Source: a virus (lineage: Duplodnaviria; Caudoviricetes). Taken from it: a stretch of DNA of 36,807 nt. Location: positions 1-36,807 of the IMG/VR virus record IMGVR_UViG_3300030104_003825; one strand, written 5' to 3'. A program made the position numbers and the translations under genes. The notes beneath the pieces are model-generated. The model had not been told where the DNA came from. It made no database searches and saw nothing but the letters and a program-made list of their open reading frames with translations. Shown piece by piece: positions 1 through 6,683 of the stretch (the stretch's first letter is position 1; the number at the start of each line of letters is the position of its first letter).

Positions 1-1406
1 TTCCCTTTACGGTATCTTAACACAGCTTGGGTGGTGCTGTCCACGTAGTCATCAAACTCACCAAAGGGAAACGCTGCACATTCTTCAATTAACTCCTCTG
101 CAAATCTTTCGCCTTCAGGATAGAATACTTGACCTGACTCAAAGATTGGAGCACAAGCGTGAACTCTTGCGTGTTTATCTTTACCCTTTACTGGTACGAA
201 TTCTACTACTGGGACACCCATTTTTCTCATCTCTTGGATGAGGGGTTCTCCTGTAGCTTTCTTCTCTACGATCACCGTTTCTGGGTCCCAGTATTTATAC
301 TGATCGAAAGCAACCATTTTAAGTTCTGGAAAATCATATCTACCACGTAATGCATCTAGTAATATTAATGCAGGTTTATAATCTTCAAATGGTGTGAACA
401 CACCCCAAGTTGTTATAGCAGAATAGTCTGCAGTTTCTTTTTTTGAAAACGCAGTGTCATAACTTTGTATAACATGTTTGAGTTCAGGTAATCTATTACC
501 TTCCCATGGTTGCCACCACTCACGTTTAAGTATTGCTCCTTCTTCTGCAGTAGGATTTTGCATGTACTGCGCATTCCATTTTGAAATTGGTATAGACGCT
601 TTTGTTCCAAGGAGGGACTCCTTTGTCCAATACTCAGGCCAGACTGGTGAATCATTCGGCAGTATAGCTGGAAACTCAACTACCTCCCATTGATCAGCAC
701 CTGGGTTCCGCTGTTCGCGGATCAGTTTTCCTGTAAGATCATTTTGTGCCCATCGTGTCATGACAAGTACAATAGCACCACCAGGCTGCAAACGTTGACG
801 AGGGCCAGACGTATACCATTCGAATGTTCGTTCTAAAGATTCTTTAGATCCTACAGTTTGTTCTGTATGTGGGTCATCAATAATAAGGACATCAGCACCA
901 CGTCCCGTGATGGAACCACCAACACCAGCAGCATAATACTCACCACCTTGATTAGTCTCCCAACGTCCAGCAGCTTTGGAATCCTGTGATAGAGTCACAT
1001 TCTGAAATACTTTTTTGTATTCCTCAGAGTCGACAAGGTTTCTCACCTTCCGACCAAAACGTTGTGATAGTTCAGCATTATGTGAAACTTGCATTATCTT
1101 TGCTTTAGGATTCTTTCCAATTATCCAGGCAGGTAACAAGTAAGATGCAAACTCAGATTTAGTATGTCTTGGCGGCATATTAACAATAAGTCTCTTCAAA
1201 GATCCATCTGCTATTTGATCAAACTTATTAGCTATAATTTGATGGTGGCCCCATTGTGTTTTGTGTTTAGCCTTACGATAAATGAAGTCAGGCCAAACCT
1301 GAGTAACAAAGTATAAAAAATCTGTCCTACCTTTTAATATTTTCTTTGCGTCTAAGAATTGTTTTAATTTCTCTAGTTTTTCTCTTGGTAGGTGGTCTAG
1401 ATCCAT
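1..1406 (-). CDS. terL: Terminase large subunit (3' end runs off the window)
   Basis: Not in the ORF track; both ends translated by hand and they share a frame. From ATG at 1406: MDLDHLPREK...RLIVNMPPRHTKSEFASYLLPAW (Walker A variant typical of TerL). Near position 1: CAAFPFGEFDDYVDSTTQA (RNase H-like nuclease acidic motif). Confidence 0.95.
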   Translation of the reverse strand, partial: MDLDHLPREKLEKLKQFLDAKKILKGRTDFLYFVTQVWPDFIYRKAKHKTQWGHHQIIANKFDQIADGSLKRLIVNMPPRHTKSEFASYLLPAWIIGKNPKAKIMQVSHNAELSQRFGRKVRNLVDSEEYKKVFQNVTLSQDSKAAGRWETNQGGEYYAAGVGGSITGRGADVLIIDDPHTEQTVGSKESLERTFEWYTSGPRQRLQPGGAIVLVMTRWAQNDLTGKLIREQRNPGADQWEVVEFPAILPNDSPVWPEYWTKESLLGTKASIPISKWNAQYMQNPTAEEGAILKREWWQPWEGNRLPELKHVIQSYDTAFSKKETADYSAITTWGVFTPFEDYKPALILLDALRGRYDFPELKMVAFDQYKYWDPETVIVEKKATGEPLIQEMRKMGVPVVEFVPVKGKDKHARVHACAPIFESGQVFYPEGERFAEELIEECAAFPFGEFDDYVDSTTQAVLRYRKG

Positions 1407-1408
1407 AA

Positions 1409-1441
1409 GTATTTTTTGCCAATTATATTTGTATTTTTTGC
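1409..1441 (-). promoter_or_regulatory. Putative terL promoter: TATAAT flanked by 11-bp direct repeats
   Basis: Minus-strand GCAAAAAATAC at 1431-1441 and 1409-1419 brackets TATAAT (1422-1427). No good -35 box or SD. Confidence 0.5.
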
Positions 1442-1547
1442 ATCCTAACACACACTATAAGTTACATCAACGTATAAAAGGGGGTTGGGGTAGCTGTGGA
1501 AGGCGTGGCGATTTTTGGATATTAAAAGAATTACTTATAAAGGGAAA

Positions 1548-1581
1548 TAAATAAAATCGTGGCGAGGATTAGTCGCCACGA
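1548..1581 (-). terminator. Intrinsic terminator after the 87-aa gene
   Basis: Perfect 9-bp stem TCGTGGCGA (1557-1565)/TCGCCACGA (1573-1581), 7-nt loop, followed on the minus strand by TTTTATTTATTT. Confidence 0.8.
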
Positions 1582-1609
1582 AGTCCATTAGCTTGTTAGT
1601 TAATGTTCG

Positions 1610-1873
1610 TTAAATTTGTCTATTGAGATTAAATTGTTCTGCAAGTTCTTGCACTAACTCATTTGCAAACTTGTTAACAACTTCATTGTCTTTGTTCGCT
1701 TGTATAAACTCAAATATCTTTCCGTCTAAATAACAAGCTAACATTTGCCAATTAATTCTTTTCTCATTACTTAATCGTTCAAGAAAAGATTTTAATCTCT
1801 CAACAATCTCATTGTTATCTTTTGAAGTCATTACTAAAGACTTCAATTCAACTATTTGATTATTACTAGGCAT
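1610..1873 (-). CDS. Hypothetical protein (87 aa), stand-alone transcription unit
   Basis: ORF with AGGAG SD, its own sigma70-like promoter and a downstream terminator. Confidence 0.8.
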   Translation of the reverse strand: MPSNNQIVELKSLVMTSKDNNEIVERLKSFLERLSNEKRINWQMLACYLDGKIFEFIQANKDNEVVNKFANELVQELAEQFNLNRQI

Positions 1874-1900
1874 AAGTTTTTTTAACTCCTTTCAAGTTTA

Positions 1901-1928
1901 AATATAATCATAAGATTTCATAAGTCAA
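1901..1928 (-). promoter_or_regulatory. Sigma70-type promoter
   Basis: TTGACT-N16-TATATT upstream of 1873. Confidence 0.65.
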
Positions 1929-1948
1929 GATAAGATATATATTTATTT

Positions 1949-1963
1949 ACAACTTACAGTTGT
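1949..1963. promoter_or_regulatory. Palindromic operator-like site
   Basis: ACAACT-TAC-AGTTGT inverted repeat just upstream of the 1901-1928 promoter. Confidence 0.35.
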
Positions 1964-2046
1964 GTCCAATCCACACCCACCTTTGTCCTGAAGAAGTTCA
2001 CCTGCCGTTTTTTTCAGGAATCAGGGCTGACCATCAGGCTTTTTTT

Positions 2047-2273
2047 CCAGAAACGGCATTTTTCCTTATCTTTCTGCACATTTTCCCCCGCGCGCCAGCG
2101 AAGAGTTGATAGTAAAAAACCCAGCAAAAATGCAATTTGCTTCCAAACGGGAACGGGAAATTGTTGATTTATGTAGATTTTACGATCCGAATTTTCGCCG
2201 GCGCCCGCGGGAAATGGGTAGTATAATATCCTCAATCCCATTGCATTTTGTTTGACAACGGGAACGGGGATTT
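2047..2273 (+). repeat. Periodic motif array, left block
   Basis: ACGGGAACGGG at 2147 and 2258 (111 bp apart) and degenerate ACGGCA at 2053. Each full core is preceded by TAGTA and a GC-rich element. Confidence 0.85.
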
Positions 2274-2277
2274 GTGT

Positions 2278-2931
2278 TTAGTTAGTTTGTGAGGGTGATT
2301 GTATTTCCTTGAACAAATTTGAGAATTTACCTCGTCTATCATCACCCATATCTTCGTGGTATTCTTCTTTGCCTAAATCATTTTCAACAATATCAAAATG
2401 CGTACCAATTGTTTTTACTTGGTCACAAGTATGAATCATCATAATTTCTTTTCTGTCAGGGTGTTCACTCACTCTTGTATCAGGCATATCATCTCCCTTA
2501 TTCATTTTCAAAGCATAAGCCTCAGTTAAAAAAGTGTAGTAAGGTGCATTGAAATCATCAAGCATACCTGACACCACAGTCACGGCTAAATTTTTTGAAA
2601 GATCATTAGTGAACTTGCAACCGATTACCATTTCTGCAAAGGGTGACTTAGGCTCAGGATCGTGTAAGACCTCACACTTTTTACCCATTTGGATAAATTG
2701 ATTGCCTCTTTCCGAAACCATATTTCTTTTGTATGGAATAAAAAACAAGGCAGGCAACTCAACTTCTTTTCTTCTATGAAAAAGAAAAGCGTCCTTACCA
2801 TGTCTAACACTATACTTGTGATATTCTTCCAAAGAAGAATATTGTTCTTCCATTGGTCTTATTGCAGTGAACTCAATAGGAAAATTTTTCATAAACTTTT
2901 CTTTGAGATCTTTTATTAACTTCTCGTCCAT
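2278..2931 (-). CDS. Hypothetical protein (217 aa) lying inside the repeat array
   Basis: Long ORF with AGGAG SD and an upstream promoter. No family recognised. Confidence 0.85.
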   Translation of the reverse strand: MDEKLIKDLKEKFMKNFPIEFTAIRPMEEQYSSLEEYHKYSVRHGKDAFLFHRRKEVELPALFFIPYKRNMVSERGNQFIQMGKKCEVLHDPEPKSPFAEMVIGCKFTNDLSKNLAVTVVSGMLDDFNAPYYTFLTEAYALKMNKGDDMPDTRVSEHPDRKEIMMIHTCDQVKTIGTHFDIVENDLGKEEYHEDMGDDRRGKFSNLFKEIQSPSQTN

Positions 2932-2961
2932 ATGACTCCTTTTGTTTTTAGTTAAGAGGAT

Positions 2962-2989
2962 ATCTTATCAAATCCCATCTCATTGTCAA
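2962..2989 (-). promoter_or_regulatory. Sigma70-type promoter with extended -10
   Basis: TTGACA-N16-TAAGAT, with TGn immediately before the -10. Confidence 0.7.
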
Positions 2990-3019
2990 ATTAAAAATAA
3001 TAAACAAGAAAAAAATTTA

Positions 3020-3741
3020 AGAACAGGAGGAATGCGCAGCGGCCCCGGCCAGATGCCAGGATAGATAACATACCTATGATCATCATTGCTTTTAGCACGG
3101 GAACGGGATTCTCCTTTCTTCGTTGAAGGGCAGCCCACCAAGAAACAGGAGCCATACATTTAGGGATGTACGTATTACTTAATGAGCTACCATGGTCCGG
3201 TATACAGCTTCCCCACCCGAACGTCAAGCTTTTTCTGCAGGGACCTGCAAAAGCTCTGGAGCCCAGATCCTGTTTACTATAGTAAGCGCCTCCTTTTCGC
3301 CTTTTTTCTAACCAACGGGAATGGGATTTAGGTAATTTGTAAGGTTACAGACAGCTGGAGCTGCCTGGCCATCCAGAGGGTTTTTTTAAAGGCAAAACCA
3401 CAACCTAATGTGTTTGACCGAGAAACGGGAAACCATATCGTGTGATCCTGACCAGAGCTGTTCTCGCGGGGACGCTGCCGATTATATAGTAAAAAACCCA
3501 GCAAAGTTCGATTTTCCTGAACAACGGGAACGGGGTTTCGCATAAACATTGAGCTTCCTGCATCTCCAGATTTTCGCCGGCGCCCGCGGGATCTGGTTAG
3601 AGTAATGTCAAACCATTAATGAATTTGCTTGACAACGGGAACGGGATTTTCGGATCTGGAAGAATGCGCCGGGCCCAGCAGGTGATAGAATTTATACCAG
3701 TCACCACTGTCCCTGATTGTTGTAACGGGAAAACGGGATCT
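3020..3741 (+). repeat. Periodic motif array, right block
   Basis: ACGGGA(A)-type cores at 3097, 3315, 3425, 3524, 3635 and 3725, plus a possible decayed ACCCGAACG at 3215. Spacings are 218, 110, 99, 111 and 90 bp. Confidence 0.85.
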
Positions 3742-4044
3742 GTGGCCCCGGATCGCGTTACTACCTTCATAAACTTTTATGACCGACTCCGTGAGGGGTC
3801 GGGCCAACACAAAAACCTTTCCACCAAATTTAGTTCTCTCGTAAATCCACGCTTTTTGAAACTTAGACAGGCGAAGGGAGTTACCTTTAATTACCTTAAG
3901 TTCAATCCAAAACTCAACACCATCGTAACAGCCATTTACATCAGGTACACCTGGACAAGCTTTATTTTCTATTCTTACTAAGTGAGCGTCTTTTAACGCT
4001 TTTTTTACGTCTTGCCATAATTTTGCTTCTAGACCCTTTGCCAT
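3616..4044 (-). CDS. VRR-NUC / Holliday-junction-resolvase-like PD-(D/E)xK nuclease
   Basis: E..LW...RIEN...PGVPDV.G...G.EFWIELK...LSKFQKAW motifs. Start moved to ATG 4044 because a GGAG SD lies at 4051-4054. Confidence 0.8.
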   Translation of the reverse strand: MAKGLEAKLWQDVKKALKDAHLVRIENKACPGVPDVNGCYDGVEFWIELKVIKGNSLRLSKFQKAWIYERTKFGGKVFVLARPLTESVIKVYEGSNAIRGHRSRFPVTTIRDSGDWYKFYHLLGPAHSSRSENPVPVVKQIH

Positions 4045-4393
4045 TTTTAGCTCCATTAATAAGTTGATTAAGATAAGGTAAGAACCATTTATTGTCTCTG
4101 ATAACTTGTACTAACAAATTTGTCAAAGCATTTACCACAAGCTCTTCTTTTTTTATATTTGTAATAGGACCACCCTCACTACTAAGTCCTGAATAGTCTA
4201 ATCCGGCATGTAAAACTTCATGAAGGAGCGTATTCCCTTTTTCAATACTTTTAAGATTTTTTTCCAATAAAATTTGTTTGTTATGTGCATCATATTCTCC
4301 TAAAGTGTTATCTTTAAACAAGATTGATTTAATTTTAAGATCATCGTAACCTATTTTAATTTTCTTCTGTTTCAACTTTAACCTCCCCAACAT
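3962..4393 (-). CDS. Small HExxH (zincin-like) putative metallopeptidase
   Basis: LGEYD...ILLE...NTLLHEVLHAG...EELVV. The basic C-terminal tail overlaps the next gene. Confidence 0.65.
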   Translation of the reverse strand: MLGRLKLKQKKIKIGYDDLKIKSILFKDNTLGEYDAHNKQILLEKNLKSIEKGNTLLHEVLHAGLDYSGLSSEGGPITNIKKEELVVNALTNLLVQVIRDNKWFLPYLNQLINGAKNGKGSRSKIMARRKKSVKRRSLSKNRK

Positions 4394-4446
4394 GTGTACT
4401 TACAAATGATCTGTTGTTTATAAAATTCAATACAGCAAGGAAGTCA

Positions 4447-4983
4447 CTAAACTTCTTGGTCTTGTCCGCCTTCAACTTCAACGTCTTCAGCGTCTGCTGG
4501 TATCTCGACAACTTTCGTTTCACCAAGCTCATCGTGCAACTCCTTTATTGATTTAATAAGATCGTCTTTACTTAATGCAGAAAGATTCTGCGTTTTAATT
4601 TCTTTTCTATCAATATAAAAACCAGCTGCTTGACCAAGTCTAAACTCGGAATTGATCGCTGCTGCCATTTGGCCTTTGTCTTCGGCTTTTTTAGAAAGAC
4701 CATCGAGTCTTTTCAAATGCCTCAAAAAATCTTTGAAATGAGCAATTCCTTTTTCTCTCATCTCTTCAATGTAAGAAACAACGTGAGGTGACTTATCAGG
4801 ATTAGTTAATATAGATCCCCACTTTTCACACGTAGGCTCAGAGTACCCTGCTTGTTTAGCAGCTTCTTTTTTAGTAATGTTTGGATAATTGGCTACATAG
4901 ACCTCTGCAAAAGTTCTTTGCTTAGGTGTGAGGTGCAAATGAGTTTTTTTACTATTTGCTATTGTTAGCCCAGTTCTTGACAT
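4447..4983 (-). CDS. terS: Terminase small subunit
   Basis: N-terminal HTH LTPKQRTFAEVYV...KEAAKQAGYS...VVSYIEE typical of TerS; helical C-terminus ending GQAAGFYIDRKEI. Confidence 0.75.
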   Translation of the reverse strand: MSRTGLTIANSKKTHLHLTPKQRTFAEVYVANYPNITKKEAAKQAGYSEPTCEKWGSILTNPDKSPHVVSYIEEMREKGIAHFKDFLRHLKRLDGLSKKAEDKGQMAAAINSEFRLGQAAGFYIDRKEIKTQNLSALSKDDLIKSIKELHDELGETKVVEIPADAEDVEVEGGQDQEV

Positions 4984-5052
4984 TATGCTCCTGTATAAGA
5001 TTATTTAAACTATGTATATATCAAAATTACCTAAAGATCACCAGCCCTTTAG

Positions 5053-5150
5053 TACTATGAAATTCTGTGTACTTTCTGTGTACTACTATGACAAAATAAG
5101 TGTTGGTATTGCTTACTAATAATATGTTTTCTGTGAGTCTGTGTACTATT
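5053..5150. repeat. Iteron-like short direct repeats (candidate origin)
   Basis: TTCTGTGTACT in tandem at 5063-5073 and 5074-5084; TTCTGTGAG at 5129; TCTGTGTACT at 5138-5147; TACTATGA twice; AT-rich tract follows. Confidence 0.6.
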
Positions 5151-5212
5151 GATGTAAATGAGTATTAAAATATTATTTACTTAGAAGTATCTATATAGGA
5201 GAATAAAATTCA

Positions 5213-5228
5213 AGTTTCACGTGAAACA
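5213..5228. promoter_or_regulatory. parS-like centromere site
   Basis: AGTTTCACGTGAAACA matches the canonical chromosomal parS TGTTTCACGTGAAACA at 15/16 positions. The 14-bp palindrome is perfect and the site is intergenic. Confidence 0.75.
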
Positions 5229-5231
5229 TTA

Positions 5232-5270
5232 GAACAAAAGAAGGGAAGATGGGCAACATAATGCTGCCCA
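5232..5270 (-). terminator. Probable intrinsic terminator
   Basis: Minus-strand TGGGCAGCA-TTA-TGTTGCCCA stem followed by pyrimidine-rich TCTTCCCTTCTTTTG. Confidence 0.5.
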
Positions 5271-5361
5271 CCTAGTTAACTAAAAAAGCCTAAAGAGAGC
5301 TTTTGAGTGGGGTCCACTCTCGCTTTCCCCACCATATGAAAGGGTTAAATAACTTAACCTA

Positions 5362-5550
5362 TTATTTCTTTACATTAATTTTATGCATAAGTCTACCTAT
5401 TTCTAGATCCTTTGATAAAATATCTGCTCTAAGGCCTTCTACCTCTAGTGTGTGATTCTTTTTAAGTAAATCTATTTCAGCTTCGTATTCAGCTGACGTT
5501 TTAACTTTACCTTCAAATTCTTCTTTAGTTATCTCTTTCCAAGTCGACAT
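5362..5550 (-). CDS. Hypothetical coiled-coil protein (62 aa)
   Basis: ORF in a tightly packed operon; heptad-like charged sequence. Confidence 0.7.
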   Translation of the reverse strand: MSTWKEITKEEFEGKVKTSAEYEAEIDLLKKNHTLEVEGLRADILSKDLEIGRLMHKINVKK

Positions 5551-5641
5551 AATTATTTATTATATACCAAACAGCTATCGCACCAACAAAAATTGCAATA
5601 AGGCCAGTTAACAACATACCTAAACCAAATCCAATTGTCAT
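5525..5641 (-). CDS. Small membrane protein (38 aa)
   Basis: Hand translation MTIGFGLGMLLTGLIAIFVGAIAVWYIINNYVDLERDN; ATGA-coupled to the upstream ORF; one hydrophobic helix. Confidence 0.7.
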   Translation of the reverse strand: MTIGFGLGMLLTGLIAIFVGAIAVWYIINNYVDLERDN

Positions 5642-5763
5642 CTTTTGCGTCTTCCCATGTAGTGATCACCCGGCTCATAATTCCATTTTTTCCCATGATG
5701 ACCTCTGATGTCTGCATAAAACATTCTAATCTTTACTACTGTTTTGAGAAGAAATTTTCTCAT
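5638..5763 (-). CDS. Small hypothetical protein (41 aa)
   Basis: Hand translation MRKFLLKTVVKIRMFYADIRGHHGKKWNYEPGDHYMGRRKR; fills the operon gap and its stop overlaps the next ATG. Confidence 0.7.
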   Translation of the reverse strand: MRKFLLKTVVKIRMFYADIRGHHGKKWNYEPGDHYMGRRKR

Positions 5764-6370
5764 TCGCTACTCTCTCCATTATAAATTTTCTTGATCCATT
5801 ACTACAAAAATTAAAACCATATTCATTTAATACATCTCGAATAACATTGCAATTATATGTTTTCCAATCATCAAAAATAAATACTGCACCCGGTGCAGCT
5901 CGTTCTGCAAAAAAGATAGCCTCGTTTAAAACATCAGTTGTTTTGTGAGGGCCATCAAAATGCACAAGAGAATATTCATTTAATAAATACTTATTTGATT
6001 CCCAGTAAAAATCTACTCCATAATAGTATTTTTCCATAAATGCAACATCAGTCAAATTGATCAAATTAAATCTCGGCTCCTCAGCAAAATCTTTTTTAAC
6101 TTCTGAAAACATTTTTTGATCATAATCCATTTTACTTGGCTTAGACTTATCGTAATGCTGGTATACTAAATCTCCGTATGGATCTACACCAACATGAAAG
6201 TGTAATCCTGAGTAATTTGGTCGGATATAGTTCATAATTAATTTTGTGCCAAGACCTTTTCTTACTCCAATTTCGGCTGTTAACATAACTTTGTTTTTAT
6301 TTTTTTTTGCTAATCTTTCACTCCATGATGCTAATAAATCATATTCTCTAGAATCTCCTTCTATAGTCAT
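5726..6370 (-). CDS. Class I SAM-dependent methyltransferase (Methyltransf_24-like)
   Basis: EIGVRKGLGT (motif I), VGVDPY, LVHFDGPH, GAVFIFDDW. Confidence 0.85.
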   Translation of the reverse strand: MTIEGDSREYDLLASWSERLAKKNKNKVMLTAEIGVRKGLGTKLIMNYIRPNYSGLHFHVGVDPYGDLVYQHYDKSKPSKMDYDQKMFSEVKKDFAEEPRFNLINLTDVAFMEKYYYGVDFYWESNKYLLNEYSLVHFDGPHKTTDVLNEAIFFAERAAPGAVFIFDDWKTYNCNVIRDVLNEYGFNFCSNGSRKFIMERVANEKISSQNSSKD

Positions 6371-6671
6371 GTAGATATCTCTCCCTTTGAATTAAATAAT
6401 CTTTTTGTTCCTGGGTATAACTGAAATCTTGTCTTGTTTTTCTCAATCTGTTGTATTGATCTAAGACATACTCCGGTTCGTAAGCAGCAAATAGACATAC
6501 TAACCTAAAATCTTTATCCCTATTTTGAAACCAATGTTTAGCTGATTTTTTAGCCACAACAAGAGAACGTTCCAAGCCCCTGTAGAATAGGTCGTCAAAT
6601 GCTCTCCATAAAACTGCCTTCCATAGCCTTGTTTCTGACGTAATTGGTTCTGATTCGTATTCTGTGTGCAT
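6348..6671 (-). CDS. Conserved phage hypothetical protein (107 aa)
   Basis: E.RLWKAVL..A..D...A..WF...DF..VC..A...P.YV pattern common in marine phages; AGGAG SD. Confidence 0.8.
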   Translation of the reverse strand: MHTEYESEPITSETRLWKAVLWRAFDDLFYRGLERSLVVAKKSAKHWFQNRDKDFRLVCLFAAYEPEYVLDQYNRLRKTRQDFSYTQEQKDYLIQRERYLHDYRRRF

Positions 6672-6683
6672 TGCTCCTGTTTC

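Noticed and set aside
159-693. Short ORFs 159-350, 413-679 and 478-693
   Set aside because: They lie in alternative frames or antisense within terL.
2014-3549. ORFs 2014-2241, 2991-3227 and 3328-3549 sharing (N/F)PVPV
   Set aside because: The shared peptide is simply the reverse complement of ACGGGAACGGG. The ORFs have no convincing SD and atypical composition.
2252-3634. TTGACA at 2252 and 3629 as + strand promoters
   Set aside because: No credible -10 box 16-18 nt downstream.
2047-3741. Canonical CRISPR array
   Set aside because: The conserved core is only about 11-17 nt, degenerate and non-palindromic, the period is ~110 bp, and there are no cas1, cas2 or effector genes. Reported as a different kind of array.
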